Positions 14,566 through 22,666 of a DNA stretch of 32,000 bases are shown one piece after another. The stretch's first letter is position 1. Each line of letters starts with the position of its first letter. The DNA is taken from positions 864,900 through 896,899 of the forward strand of contig CBDBEL010000003.1 of the NCBI GenBank assembly GCA_965204415.1. Direction: 5' to 3'. A program made the position numbers and the translations under genes. The notes under the pieces were generated by a model, which saw nothing but the letters and a program-made list of their open reading frames with translations, had not been told where the DNA came from and made no database searches. Source of the DNA: Candidatus Aldehydirespirator sp. GTDB taxonomy: Bacteria; Actinomycetota; Acidimicrobiia; Acidimicrobiales; Aldehydirespiratoraceae.

Positions 14566-15609
14566 ATGTCCAAAATACTACGAGTGCTCACCGGCCTGAG
14601 GGCAGCGGATCGGGTCGAAGGGGGAGTCGCCCGCCGGATCCGGCACTTCGACGGATGGCTCGACAGAGCGTCGGCGCGTGATGCCGACGCTGCGGGCTAT
14701 GACCACACCGAGACCGTCAAGGAGTACTACGACATCTCCAACGAGCTGATGGTGTGGGGTTGGGGCGAGTCCCTGCACTTCGCGCCGCTGTCGCCCGGCG
14801 AGAGCGTGCACGACTCCAAGATCAGGCACCAGCGGCTGATGATCTCCAAGCTGGAGCTGCGCGAGGGCATGACGGTGGTCGATGTCGGCTGCGGGATCGG
14901 CGGCCCGATGCGCCGGGTTGTCTCGGAGGCCGGCGTCAGGGTCGTCGGGGTCAACATCAATGAGACCCAGATGGACCGGACGAGGTCGTTGAACACCGCG
15001 GCCGGACTCGATCACATGGTCGACTACCTCGTGTGCAGCTTCATGGACATGTCGGCCGTCGCGGACGGCACCTTCGATCGCGGCTACGCGATCGAATCGA
15101 CATGCCATGCGCCGGACAAGGAGGGCGCATTCGCCGAGATCTACCGCGTGCTGAAGCCCGGAGCCCTCTTCTGGGGCCAGGAGATGTGCATGACGGACAG
15201 GTTCGATCCAGCCGACGAGCAGCATGCGGCCATGAAGCAGGACCTCATGCACGGCATCGCGCTCAAGGACATCGCAACCTTCGGCGAGGTGGACCGGGCC
15301 CTCGAGGCGGCCGGGTTCGAGGTCATCGAGGGAATGGATCGGGGCGCCGGGGAGGACGGCACGACCACGCCGTGGTACCAGCCCCTGGAGAGCTGGAGCA
15401 GAACGTTGGGCAACTCCTTCATCGGGGTTCCGCACGGCCGCAGGACGGCGATCGGAGGATCCAAGCTGGCCGAGGTGCTGAGGATCCTCCCGAAGGGCTC
15501 CGCGGACGTCATCGAGATGCTGGACCGGACGGCCAGCGCTTATGCCGCCGGCGGCCGGTCCGGGATCTTCACGCCGCTCTACTGCTTCCTAGCTCGCAAG
15601 CCCGAGTAG
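14566..15609 (+). CDS. SAM-dependent methyltransferase of the sterol 24-C-methyltransferase (ERG6/SMT) family
   Basis: It is collinear with yeast Erg6 as I remember it. [21 protein letters not shown] matches [30 protein letters not shown] matches [20 protein letters not shown] matches YAIEATCHAP, and [10 protein letters not shown] matches YKVLKPGGTF. TPWYQPL matches IPWYYPL, and [19 protein letters not shown] matches GGKSKLFTPMMLFVAKKPE. I chose ATG 14566; the track ORF starts at TTG 14557. Confidence 0.85.
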   Translation: [347 protein letters not shown]

Positions 15610-15769
15610 GTCCGCAGGCCGGTCCATCCAATTCCCGGAAATGTTGATCGACAAGGTCGGGATTCAGGCGGCGGGACTCTAGATTGCACTGTCACTGCCG
15701 CAGTGACCGTCCGCGCCGCGGACCGTCACGCTGGCACGTCACAGCCATCACACAGGAGAAATCCACCCA

Positions 15770-16324
15770 ATGACCACTGCAAACGTCGACAACGGCGTGA
15801 ACGTCGAACACCTGCTGGGCGCCCGCCAGGCCCTCAGCGAGGCACCCGAGGCCGCCCAGTTCACCTGGAAGGCCACCAACGAGTGGCTCAACGGCACCCA
15901 CAGCCGCTCCTCGGTCGACAGCTACTACGGGCTCGGGGAGGAGCACCAGCATCGCTCGACCTTCAGCTTCGAGGCCGATCACCCCCTGGTGTTCGGGGCG
16001 GAGGACAACGCGGCCACGCCGGTCGAGCTGGTCCTGGCCGGCCTGGCCAGCTGCCTCACCGCCGGCGTCGCCGCGGTGGCCCAGAACCGGGAGATCCAGC
16101 TGCGATCGGTGAAGGCCACCCTGGAGGGCAGCATGGACATCCTGGGCATCCTCGGCGGCGACCCGGACGTCCGCAACGGGTTCAACGCCGTGAAGGTCTC
16201 CTACGACATCGATGCCGACGCCACTCCCGACGAAGTCAGGGCGCTGGTGGCCCAGTCCCAGAAGCGGTCGGCCGTCTACGACATCATCACCAACCCGACC
16301 AACGTGACCGTCGACGTCAACTGA
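15770..16324 (+). CDS. OsmC family protein (single-Cys subgroup)
   Basis: 184 aa. It has ATPVELVLAGLASCLTAG and a C-terminal SAVYDIITNPTNV block typical of the OsmC/Ohr fold. A strong RBS (CAGGAGAAA) lies upstream of the ATG. Confidence 0.85.
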   Translation: MTTANVDNGVNVEHLLGARQALSEAPEAAQFTWKATNEWLNGTHSRSSVDSYYGLGEEHQHRSTFSFEADHPLVFGAEDNAATPVELVLAGLASCLTAGVAAVAQNREIQLRSVKATLEGSMDILGILGGDPDVRNGFNAVKVSYDIDADATPDEVRALVAQSQKRSAVYDIITNPTNVTVDVN

Positions 16325-16374
16325 ACTCGACCTGACAACTCCAGACCTGAGAACGTGCGTGGGTAGACAGGTTC

Positions 16375-17625
16375 ATGAGGACTACGACCGTCGTCGTGGG
16401 GGCCGGGCACTCCGGCCTGGCCGTGAGCCGGCGCCTCGCCGAGCGCTCCATCGACCATGTGCTGATCGAGCGCGGCGAGGTGGCCAACTCGTGGCGGACC
16501 CAGCGCTGGGACTCGCTGCGGCTGCTCACCCCCAACTGGCAGAGCCGGCTTCCCGGTTACTCCTACGGGGCCAACGGCGGCCGCGACCCCGACGGCTTCA
16601 TGTCGATGCCGGAGGTCATCGAGTTCATGTCGGGCTACGCCCGGCTCATCGATGCCCCGATCCACACCGGCACAACGGTCACCTCGGTGCGACCGGAAGG
16701 TTCGGGCTACATCGTCGACACCGACAAGGGTCGCTGGGAGTGCGAGACCGTCGTGCTGGCCACAGGCGGGTTCACGGTGGCCAAAGTTCCCGAGCTGGGC
16801 GCCGAGCCGCCGGCGCCGGTCACCGCCCTCAGCGCCTTCGAGTACCGCAACCCGGACGGGCTGGACCCCGGCGGCGTGCTGGTGGTGGGCGCCTCGGCCA
16901 CCGGCGTGCAGATCGCCGACGAGGTGCACCGCTCCGGCCGGCCCGTGACCCTGGCCGTGAGCGAGCACGTGCGCATGCCCCGCCTGTACCGGGGCCGCGA
17001 CATCCTGTGGTGGATGGAGCGCTCGGGCCTGTTCGACGAGCGCTACGACGAGGTCGACGACGTGGTGAGGGTCCGCAAGACTCCGTCGCCGCAGCTGGTG
17101 GGCACCCCCGACCGGGCCACGCTCGACCTCAACGCCCTCACCGACCAGGGGGTCCGCCTGGTGGGCCGGCTCGCGGCCCTGCGGGGCAGCGAGGCGCTGC
17201 TGTCAGGGTCGCTGCCCAACAAGTGCGAGCTGGCCGACCTCAAGCTGGGGCGGCTCCTCGACACGTTCGACGAGTGGGCCGGCGAGAGCGGCCTCGACGG
17301 GGTGGGTCCGCCGGAGCGGTTCGCGCCCACCCGGGTGCCGGAGTCGCCGCCCCTGAGCCTGGATCTGGCCCGGGGCGAGATCCGCACCATCATCTGGGCC
17401 ACCGGATTCAGGCCCGAGTACTCCTGGCTCGATGTGCCGGTGATCGACCGCAAGGGCCAGATCCGGCACAACGGCGGTGTCGTCACCGAGTCCCCCGGCC
17501 TCTACGTCATCGGGCTGAACTTCCTGCGCCGGCGCAAATCGAGCTTCATTCTCGGGGCCGGCGACGACAGCCGCGACCTGGTGGCGCATCTGGCCGGCCA
17601 CCTCGACTCGCTGGTTGCGGCCTGA
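16375..17625 (+). CDS. FAD/NAD(P)-dependent oxidoreductase, flavin-monooxygenase-like (CzcO-type)
   Basis: It has an N-terminal VVVGAGHSGLA dinucleotide motif, a second VLVVGASATGVQIADE motif and an IIWATGFRP (ATG) motif. Confidence 0.8.
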   Translation: MRTTTVVVGAGHSGLAVSRRLAERSIDHVLIERGEVANSWRTQRWDSLRLLTPNWQSRLPGYSYGANGGRDPDGFMSMPEVIEFMSGYARLIDAPIHTGTTVTSVRPEGSGYIVDTDKGRWECETVVLATGGFTVAKVPELGAEPPAPVTALSAFEYRNPDGLDPGGVLVVGASATGVQIADEVHRSGRPVTLAVSEHVRMPRLYRGRDILWWMERSGLFDERYDEVDDVVRVRKTPSPQLVGTPDRATLDLNALTDQGVRLVGRLAALRGSEALLSGSLPNKCELADLKLGRLLDTFDEWAGESGLDGVGPPERFAPTRVPESPPLSLDLARGEIRTIIWATGFRPEYSWLDVPVIDRKGQIRHNGGVVTESPGLYVIGLNFLRRRKSSFILGAGDDSRDLVAHLAGHLDSLVAA

Positions 17626-17668
17626 TCGTCACCTGCTCGCTCGGCCTCTGAGCCGGTGGGAGTGCCGC

Positions 17669-19195
17669 TCAGTTCTGGGGCACGACCGCGGTGCGGTGCC
17701 TGCGGGTCTCCTCGTCGCGGTGCCGGTCTGCCGGAGTGCGGCGGGACGGGCCCGCCACCGTTGAGCCGTTGGTGGAGGCCGCGGCAGGTTCCTCGGTGCT
17801 CCGGTAGTAGTCGAAGAGCCCGGCCTCGTCGATGATGACCCGGTCGGTGTAGTCGTCGAACCACAGCGCCTCGGGATTGCGCCCCACGATGGCCACCTTG
17901 CCCCGGTCGCCGGCGCCGGCGGGGCTCCGCAGCACCTTGAAGACGACGACCCCGTCCTCCGCGCCGGGCAAACCTGGGATCGGCTCCCGGGTGATTGCCG
18001 ACACCTCGGTCTTGCCCTTGAAGTGCACGCAGGTGAGCCGGGCGTGGGACTCGACTCCAGACAGCCCCTTCTGTGACTCGTTGAGAATGTGCCACGCGGT
18101 CTCGATGGGCACGTTGAAGGCCTTGTAGGCCACGATGTTCCGGCCGCCGAAGAAGTAGTGGTTCTCGATGCCTGCCGCCTTGAGAGTCCGTTGCAGGATG
18201 CGCAGGGCATCGGCGTCGTCGTTGACCCCCCGGATGATCGGCGACTGGTTCTCAACGCATATCCAGCCCCGCGACACGACCGCGTCGACGGCCCGGCGGG
18301 TGCTGGGGATCCACTGGTAGTGCCCGTGATCGCCCTGGATGTAGCTGCCGTCGGCGTCCTTGGCCAGCAGCTCGTCCGGATGGTTGAAGTGCACCATGAG
18401 CCGGAGAGCGACGTCGGGGTAGACCTCGTGGAACCGGTCGATCATCGACAGGAAAGCGTCGTCGAAGCGGTCAGGATGGAAGGCGAGCTCCTTGGTCCCC
18501 ACCCTGATGACCTCGGCGCCTGCCTCGGCCAGGGCGGTGAACCAACCGGCCAGCTTGGAGTTGGGGAGCACCATCGGATCGCCCCCCGAGAGCAGGATCT
18601 CCCTCAGCTTGGGCCGGCCAGTCTCGGGATGGCGGCCGCCGTTGGCTTTGACGGCGGCGTTGTGGGTCCGGATGTATTCGGTCACCTCGGCGACCTGGGC
18701 GAGGCCCTTCTTCTTGACGGTGCCGTCGGCTCGCTCGATGTCCTTGCGGCCGATCAGTTCCTCCCGGTAGCAGAAACGGCAGTGCGCCGAGCAGGTTGAG
18801 ATCACATACAGCAGTGCCATCTCGTACTTGTGGAGGATCCCCTCGACCGGGCTGTAGTTGAGTTGGCTGGCGGGGTCCTCCTCGCCGTCGAGGTTCAGGG
18901 TCTCGTCCGGCGAGCCCTTGACCAGCGTCTGGAGGGCCGGGCTGTTGCGGGCCATGTCGAAGTAGTGGCGGGTGATCTTGACCGGCATGCGGTCCTCGAC
19001 GTCGCGGTCGGTTCCCTTGAGGCTTTGCAGGTCGGACAGCTCGACCGGGGTGTAGAAGCCGCGCATGTCCTCGGGCGCGCTTCCGTTGATGAACGGGTCC
19101 AGACCATTGACGATCTGGCGGTCGTAGCGGGGGTTCTCGACGTGGTCGAGAACGAGATTCTCTCTGTCGGTTGGGATGTACTTCGGTCTTGCCAT
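17669..19195 (-). CDS. KamA-family radical SAM protein (2,3-aminomutase-like), long form, substrate unknown
   Basis: The radical SAM cluster motif is CSAHCRFCYRE, with LLSGGDPMVL and PVKITRHYFDM blocks as in lysine 2,3-aminomutase relatives. I chose ATG 19195-19193 (MARPKYIPT). The upstream 53 codons of the track ORF run into an AT-rich region that looks non-coding. Confidence 0.85.
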   Translation of the reverse strand: MARPKYIPTDRENLVLDHVENPRYDRQIVNGLDPFINGSAPEDMRGFYTPVELSDLQSLKGTDRDVEDRMPVKITRHYFDMARNSPALQTLVKGSPDETLNLDGEEDPASQLNYSPVEGILHKYEMALLYVISTCSAHCRFCYREELIGRKDIERADGTVKKKGLAQVAEVTEYIRTHNAAVKANGGRHPETGRPKLREILLSGGDPMVLPNSKLAGWFTALAEAGAEVIRVGTKELAFHPDRFDDAFLSMIDRFHEVYPDVALRLMVHFNHPDELLAKDADGSYIQGDHGHYQWIPSTRRAVDAVVSRGWICVENQSPIIRGVNDDADALRILQRTLKAAGIENHYFFGGRNIVAYKAFNVPIETAWHILNESQKGLSGVESHARLTCVHFKGKTEVSAITREPIPGLPGAEDGVVVFKVLRSPAGAGDRGKVAIVGRNPEALWFDDYTDRVIIDEAGLFDYYRSTEEPAAASTNGSTVAGPSRRTPADRHRDEETRRHRTAVVPQN

Positions 19196-19260
19196 GATAT
19201 ATCTCAGCTTACTTTTATTATACGTGTAGTGACAGTTCGTTCCGCTGGACTGTCCACAGC
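19196..19260. promoter_or_regulatory. AT-rich divergent control region between the KamA-like gene and serS
   Basis: The sequence is locally AT-rich (ATATCTCAGCTTACTTTTATTATACGTGTAGTGACAG) in otherwise high-GC DNA. A TATAAT hexamer on the minus strand (19222-19217) lies 21 nt upstream of the KamA-like ATG. A perfect 5-1-5 palindrome, TGGACTGTCCA, sits at 19246-19256. Confidence 0.4.
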
Positions 19261-19386
19261 CCGACCCTGACTTGAGGATAAGCCCCGATGTCCGGTTGGG
19301 CAAATGGCACCGCCGGACCGGGAGCGCGGCGGCGCGACCGAGAGCCTGCGCCACGCGCCAGCCAGATGAGCCGGTACTGTCGGGGG

Positions 19387-20673
19387 ATGCTCGATCTGCG
19401 CCGGTTGAGGGCCGAACCCGACACCGTCAAGGCCGCTGTCGCTCGCCGGGGCGAGCCGACCGCGCCGCTCGACCAGGTCATCGTTCACGACGAGCGCCGG
19501 CGGGCCGTCGTCAGCGAGGCTGACGAGCTGCGGTCGGAGGTCAAGCGGATCTCGGCTGAGGTGGGCGCCCTCCATCGCGACGGCCGGGCCGGCGAGGCCG
19601 ACGGGCTGCGGAACCGCAGCCGGGAACTCGGCGCCCGCATCGATGATCTGGCCGCGGAGGGAGAGCAGCTCTCGGAGTGGATCCGTCGGATCCTCCTCTT
19701 CGTGCCCAATATGCCCGCCGAGGACTGCCCCGACGGCTCGGGACCCGACGACAACGTCGTGCTCCGCACGGTCGGTTACGACCCCGACTCCTACGGCGAG
19801 CACCAGCGGGTGCCGCACTGGGACATCGGCACCGAGCTCGGCATCCTCGACATGGACAGGGCGGTGCGCATGTCGGGCTCCATGTTCGCCATGTACCGGG
19901 GGCTGGGGGCCCGGCTAGTGCGGGCTCTCATCGACTACGGGCTCGACCGCAACCGGGACCTGTACGAGGAGATCAGGCCGCCCACGCTGGTGCGCACCGA
20001 GGTCATGACCAGCGGGGGATACCTGCCCAAGTTCGCCGACGACGCCTACCACCTCGAGCGCGACGACCTGTGGGCCATACCGACGGCCGAGGTTCCACTC
20101 ACCGCGATGCTGCAGGGCGAGATCGTCGACGAGGCCGACCTGCCCATGAGGCTGATGGGCCACACCTCGTGCTTCCGCCGCGAGGCCGGCGCCGCGGGCC
20201 GCGACACCCGCGGGCTGCTGCGAGTCCACGAGTTCGACAAGGTGGAGCTGTACGGGTTCTGCACGCCCGATCAGGCCGCCGACATCCACGCCGAGATCCT
20301 CGACCGGGCCGAGCAGGCCATCGTCGACCTGGGGCTGGCCCACCGGGTGCTCGACCTGTGCGCCGGCGACATCGGCGGTGCCTCGGCCCGCACCTTCGAC
20401 ATCGAGGCCTACGCCCCCGGGGCGGACCGCTGGCTGGAGGTGTCGAGCATCTCGTGGTGCCGCGACTACCAGGCCCGGCGAGCCAACATCCGGTACCGGC
20501 CGGAGGCCGGGGGCCGTACCCGGATGGTGCACAGCCTCAACGGCTCGGGTCTGGCCGTGCCCCGGGTGTGGGCCGCGCTGGTGGAGACCTACCGCCAGCC
20601 TGACGGCTCGATCGCCGTCCCCGAGGCCCTGAACCCCTACATGGGCGGGATCACGTCTATCGGCCCACGCTGA
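19387..20673 (+). CDS. serS: serine--tRNA ligase
   Basis: The N-terminus MLDLRRLRAEPDTVKAAVARRG opens a coiled-coil arm. Class II core blocks include TSCFRREAGAAGRDTRGLLRVHEFDKVE and SLNGSGLAVPR. I chose ATG 19387 rather than the track start 19288. Confidence 0.95.
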   Translation: MLDLRRLRAEPDTVKAAVARRGEPTAPLDQVIVHDERRRAVVSEADELRSEVKRISAEVGALHRDGRAGEADGLRNRSRELGARIDDLAAEGEQLSEWIRRILLFVPNMPAEDCPDGSGPDDNVVLRTVGYDPDSYGEHQRVPHWDIGTELGILDMDRAVRMSGSMFAMYRGLGARLVRALIDYGLDRNRDLYEEIRPPTLVRTEVMTSGGYLPKFADDAYHLERDDLWAIPTAEVPLTAMLQGEIVDEADLPMRLMGHTSCFRREAGAAGRDTRGLLRVHEFDKVELYGFCTPDQAADIHAEILDRAEQAIVDLGLAHRVLDLCAGDIGGASARTFDIEAYAPGADRWLEVSSISWCRDYQARRANIRYRPEAGGRTRMVHSLNGSGLAVPRVWAALVETYRQPDGSIAVPEALNPYMGGITSIGPR

Positions 20674-20714
20674 GATGGCTGGCTCGATCGCCGTCTATCC
20701 GCTCGGTCTCTGAG

Positions 20715-21350
20715 ATGGCTGGTTCGATCACCTGGATCGAGCCCGCGCGCGCTGTCGTCGAGCCGGCCCGGTTCGGCTCGGACCATCCGATGCGGACGGT
20801 CACCCGCCAGATCGGGGGAGGCGAGGGCTGGTCGCCCGAGCGGGCCGCGTTCGTGGCCGGGGTCTTCGACGAGCTGAGCGTCGGCTGGCACGCCGATCAC
20901 AGCAGCGACCTGCGGCTGGCGCCGCTGGAGGACGCCCTCGACCGGGGCGACCTTCCGCCGGGCCGCCTGGTGGAGATCGGCTGCGGGACCGGGGCCGCCA
21001 CCGAGCGGATCGCGGCCCGCCGTCCGGTGGTCGCCGCCTTGGACCTGTCGCCGAGGATGCTCGCCCTGGCCGATCGGGCGGTGGCGCCGTTCGTGCGGGC
21101 CGACGCGAGCGCGTTGCCGCTGGCGTCCGGGTCGGTCGATGTGATGGTGCTGGTGAACATGTTCATGTTCGCGGACTCCTACGACCGGGTGCTGGCCCCC
21201 GGCGGCCGCCTCGTGTGGATAAGCACCATGGGCGACGAGACCCCCATCTACTTCCCGCCCGACGAGGTGATGGACCTGCTCGGTGGCCGCTGGACGGCCA
21301 CCGGCAGCCACGCCGGCACCGGGTTCTGGCTGGTCGCCCGCCGCCGCTAG
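20715..21350 (+). CDS. class I SAM-dependent methyltransferase
   Basis: 211 aa. It has the motif I block VEIGCGTGAATERI, then LDLSPRML and GGRLVW. Confidence 0.75.
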   Translation: MAGSITWIEPARAVVEPARFGSDHPMRTVTRQIGGGEGWSPERAAFVAGVFDELSVGWHADHSSDLRLAPLEDALDRGDLPPGRLVEIGCGTGAATERIAARRPVVAALDLSPRMLALADRAVAPFVRADASALPLASGSVDVMVLVNMFMFADSYDRVLAPGGRLVWISTMGDETPIYFPPDEVMDLLGGRWTATGSHAGTGFWLVARRR

Positions 21351-21397
21351 CCCCGTTCAGATACAGTGAATACACGTACTACGGAAGGGAGCCGACC

Positions 21398-21625
21398 ATG
21401 CCCACATCGATCCGACTGGCGCCCGAGACCGAGGAGCGGATCCGCCTCCTTGCTGCGACGACCGGGCGAACGAAGGCCTTCTACCTCCGTGAGATCATCG
21501 ACCGCGGGCTTGACGACATCGAGGACTACTACTTGGCCGCGGATGTTCTCGAACGCGTCCGCAAGGGCCTAGAGGACGTGCATGGCGCCGGGGAGGTGCG
21601 CAGCGAGCTTGGCATGGAGGATTGA
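21398..21625 (+). CDS. ribbon-helix-helix type II antitoxin (RelB/ParD-like)
   Basis: 75 aa. MPTSIRLAPETEERIRLLAATTGRTKAFYLREII is an RHH signature. The RBS GGAAGGGA lies upstream. The gene overlaps the toxin gene that follows. Confidence 0.75.
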   Translation: MPTSIRLAPETEERIRLLAATTGRTKAFYLREIIDRGLDDIEDYYLAADVLERVRKGLEDVHGAGEVRSELGMED

Positions 21626-21866
21626 GTACACCGGCACTGCGAGGAGCCAGCTCAGGAAGCTCGACAGAAGCACGACGCGCCGGATCTTGGACTACATGGA
21701 TCACCGTGTCGCGGTGGCGGACCCGCGCCGCGTCGGCCAGCCGCTGACCGGGCCGCTCGGCAAGCTGTGGCGCTATCGGGTGGGACGCTTCCGGGTTGTG
21801 TGCGACATCCAGGATGACGCTGTGCGTGTGCTGGTGGTGAGAATCGGCAGACGGGACGAGGTCTAA
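21582..21866 (+). CDS. type II toxin, RelE/ParE family
   Basis: WRIEYTGTARSQLRKLDRSTTRRILDYMD...GKLWRYRVGRFRVVCDIQDDAVRVLVVRIGRRDEV is a typical RelE/ParE layout. A TTG at 21609 (LAWRIEY) is an alternative start. Confidence 0.75.
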   Translation: MAPGRCAASLAWRIEYTGTARSQLRKLDRSTTRRILDYMDHRVAVADPRRVGQPLTGPLGKLWRYRVGRFRVVCDIQDDAVRVLVVRIGRRDEV

Positions 21867-21959
21867 CGGTAGGGGAGGCACCGGGGGCGGAACGCGCCGG
21901 GCATCGACTGCTGGCGCCCGGCCGCGTGGCCGTAGAGCGCGCGGCCGTAGAGTCGGAGT

Positions 21960-22610
21960 ATGGACCTGGCGCAGATGCGCGAGCAGTACTCCGAGGCCGG
22001 GCTCAGCGAGGAGGACGTGGCCGACGACCCCATCGTCCAGTTCAAGCACTGGTTCGACGAGTGGCTGTCAGCCAAGCCCTATGACGCCAATGCGGTCATC
22101 CTCGCCACTGCCGACGCCGACGGCTGGCCCTCGGCCCGGGCGGTGCTCCTCAAGGGCCTCGACGAGCGGGGCTTCGTGTTCCACACCAACCGGCGGTCGG
22201 CCAAAGGGCTCGACCTCGACCGCTCGCATCGGGCTTCGCTGTGCTTCCTGTGGCATCCCCTCGAGCGCCAGGTGCGGGTGGTGGGAACGGTGGAGCACCT
22301 GCCCGACGACGAGAGCGACGCCTACTTCGCGTCGAGACCCCGGGGCGCTCAGATCGCGGCCCGCGCGTCGCCCCAGTCCGAGGTGATCGCCGACCGGGCC
22401 GAACTGGAGCGCCTGACCGCCGAGACCGAGGCCCGCTTCGCAACGGCCGGTGCCGTGCCGCGGCCCCCTCACTGGGGCGGCTACCTGGTGCGACCCATCA
22501 CGGTCGAGTTCTGGCAGGGACGCCGCAGCCGCCTGCACGACCGCCTGCGCTACCGCCGCTCGGACCCCGGACCGGGTGCGGGCTGGGTCGTCGAGCGCCT
22601 AGCCCCCTAA
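21960..22610 (+). CDS. pdxH: pyridoxamine 5'-phosphate oxidase
   Basis: 216 aa. Blocks include PIVQFKHWFDEW, ATADADGWPSARAVLLKG and VEFWQGRRSRLHDRLRY, typical of PdxH. Confidence 0.9.
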   Translation: MDLAQMREQYSEAGLSEEDVADDPIVQFKHWFDEWLSAKPYDANAVILATADADGWPSARAVLLKGLDERGFVFHTNRRSAKGLDLDRSHRASLCFLWHPLERQVRVVGTVEHLPDDESDAYFASRPRGAQIAARASPQSEVIADRAELERLTAETEARFATAGAVPRPPHWGGYLVRPITVEFWQGRRSRLHDRLRYRRSDPGPGAGWVVERLAP

Positions 22611-22617
22611 CCCACCC

Positions 22618-22666
22618 GAAATCCCTGTAGTTGAGGACCCAGGAGGTCCTTATTCACAGGGATTTC
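22618..22666. terminator. bidirectional stem-loop between convergent pdxH and the DUF867 gene
   Basis: A perfect 11-bp inverted repeat, GAAATCCCTGT (22618-22628) / ACAGGGATTTC (22656-22666), encloses an inner GGACC..GGTCC stem. The right arm overlaps the last codons and stop of the minus-strand gene. There is no clear U-tract. Confidence 0.5.

Noticed and set aside
17669-19195. Calling the radical SAM gene lysine 2,3-aminomutase (kamA/ablA) or epmB.
   Set aside because: Family membership is clear. But the length, the missing C-terminal Cys cluster and the absence of partner genes do not support any specific characterised subfamily.
19261-19386. A T-box or other riboswitch leader upstream of serS.
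   Set aside because: I could not find a specifier-loop or T-box consensus, or a terminator/antiterminator pair by eye. Only a covariance-model scan could settle this, so I make no call.
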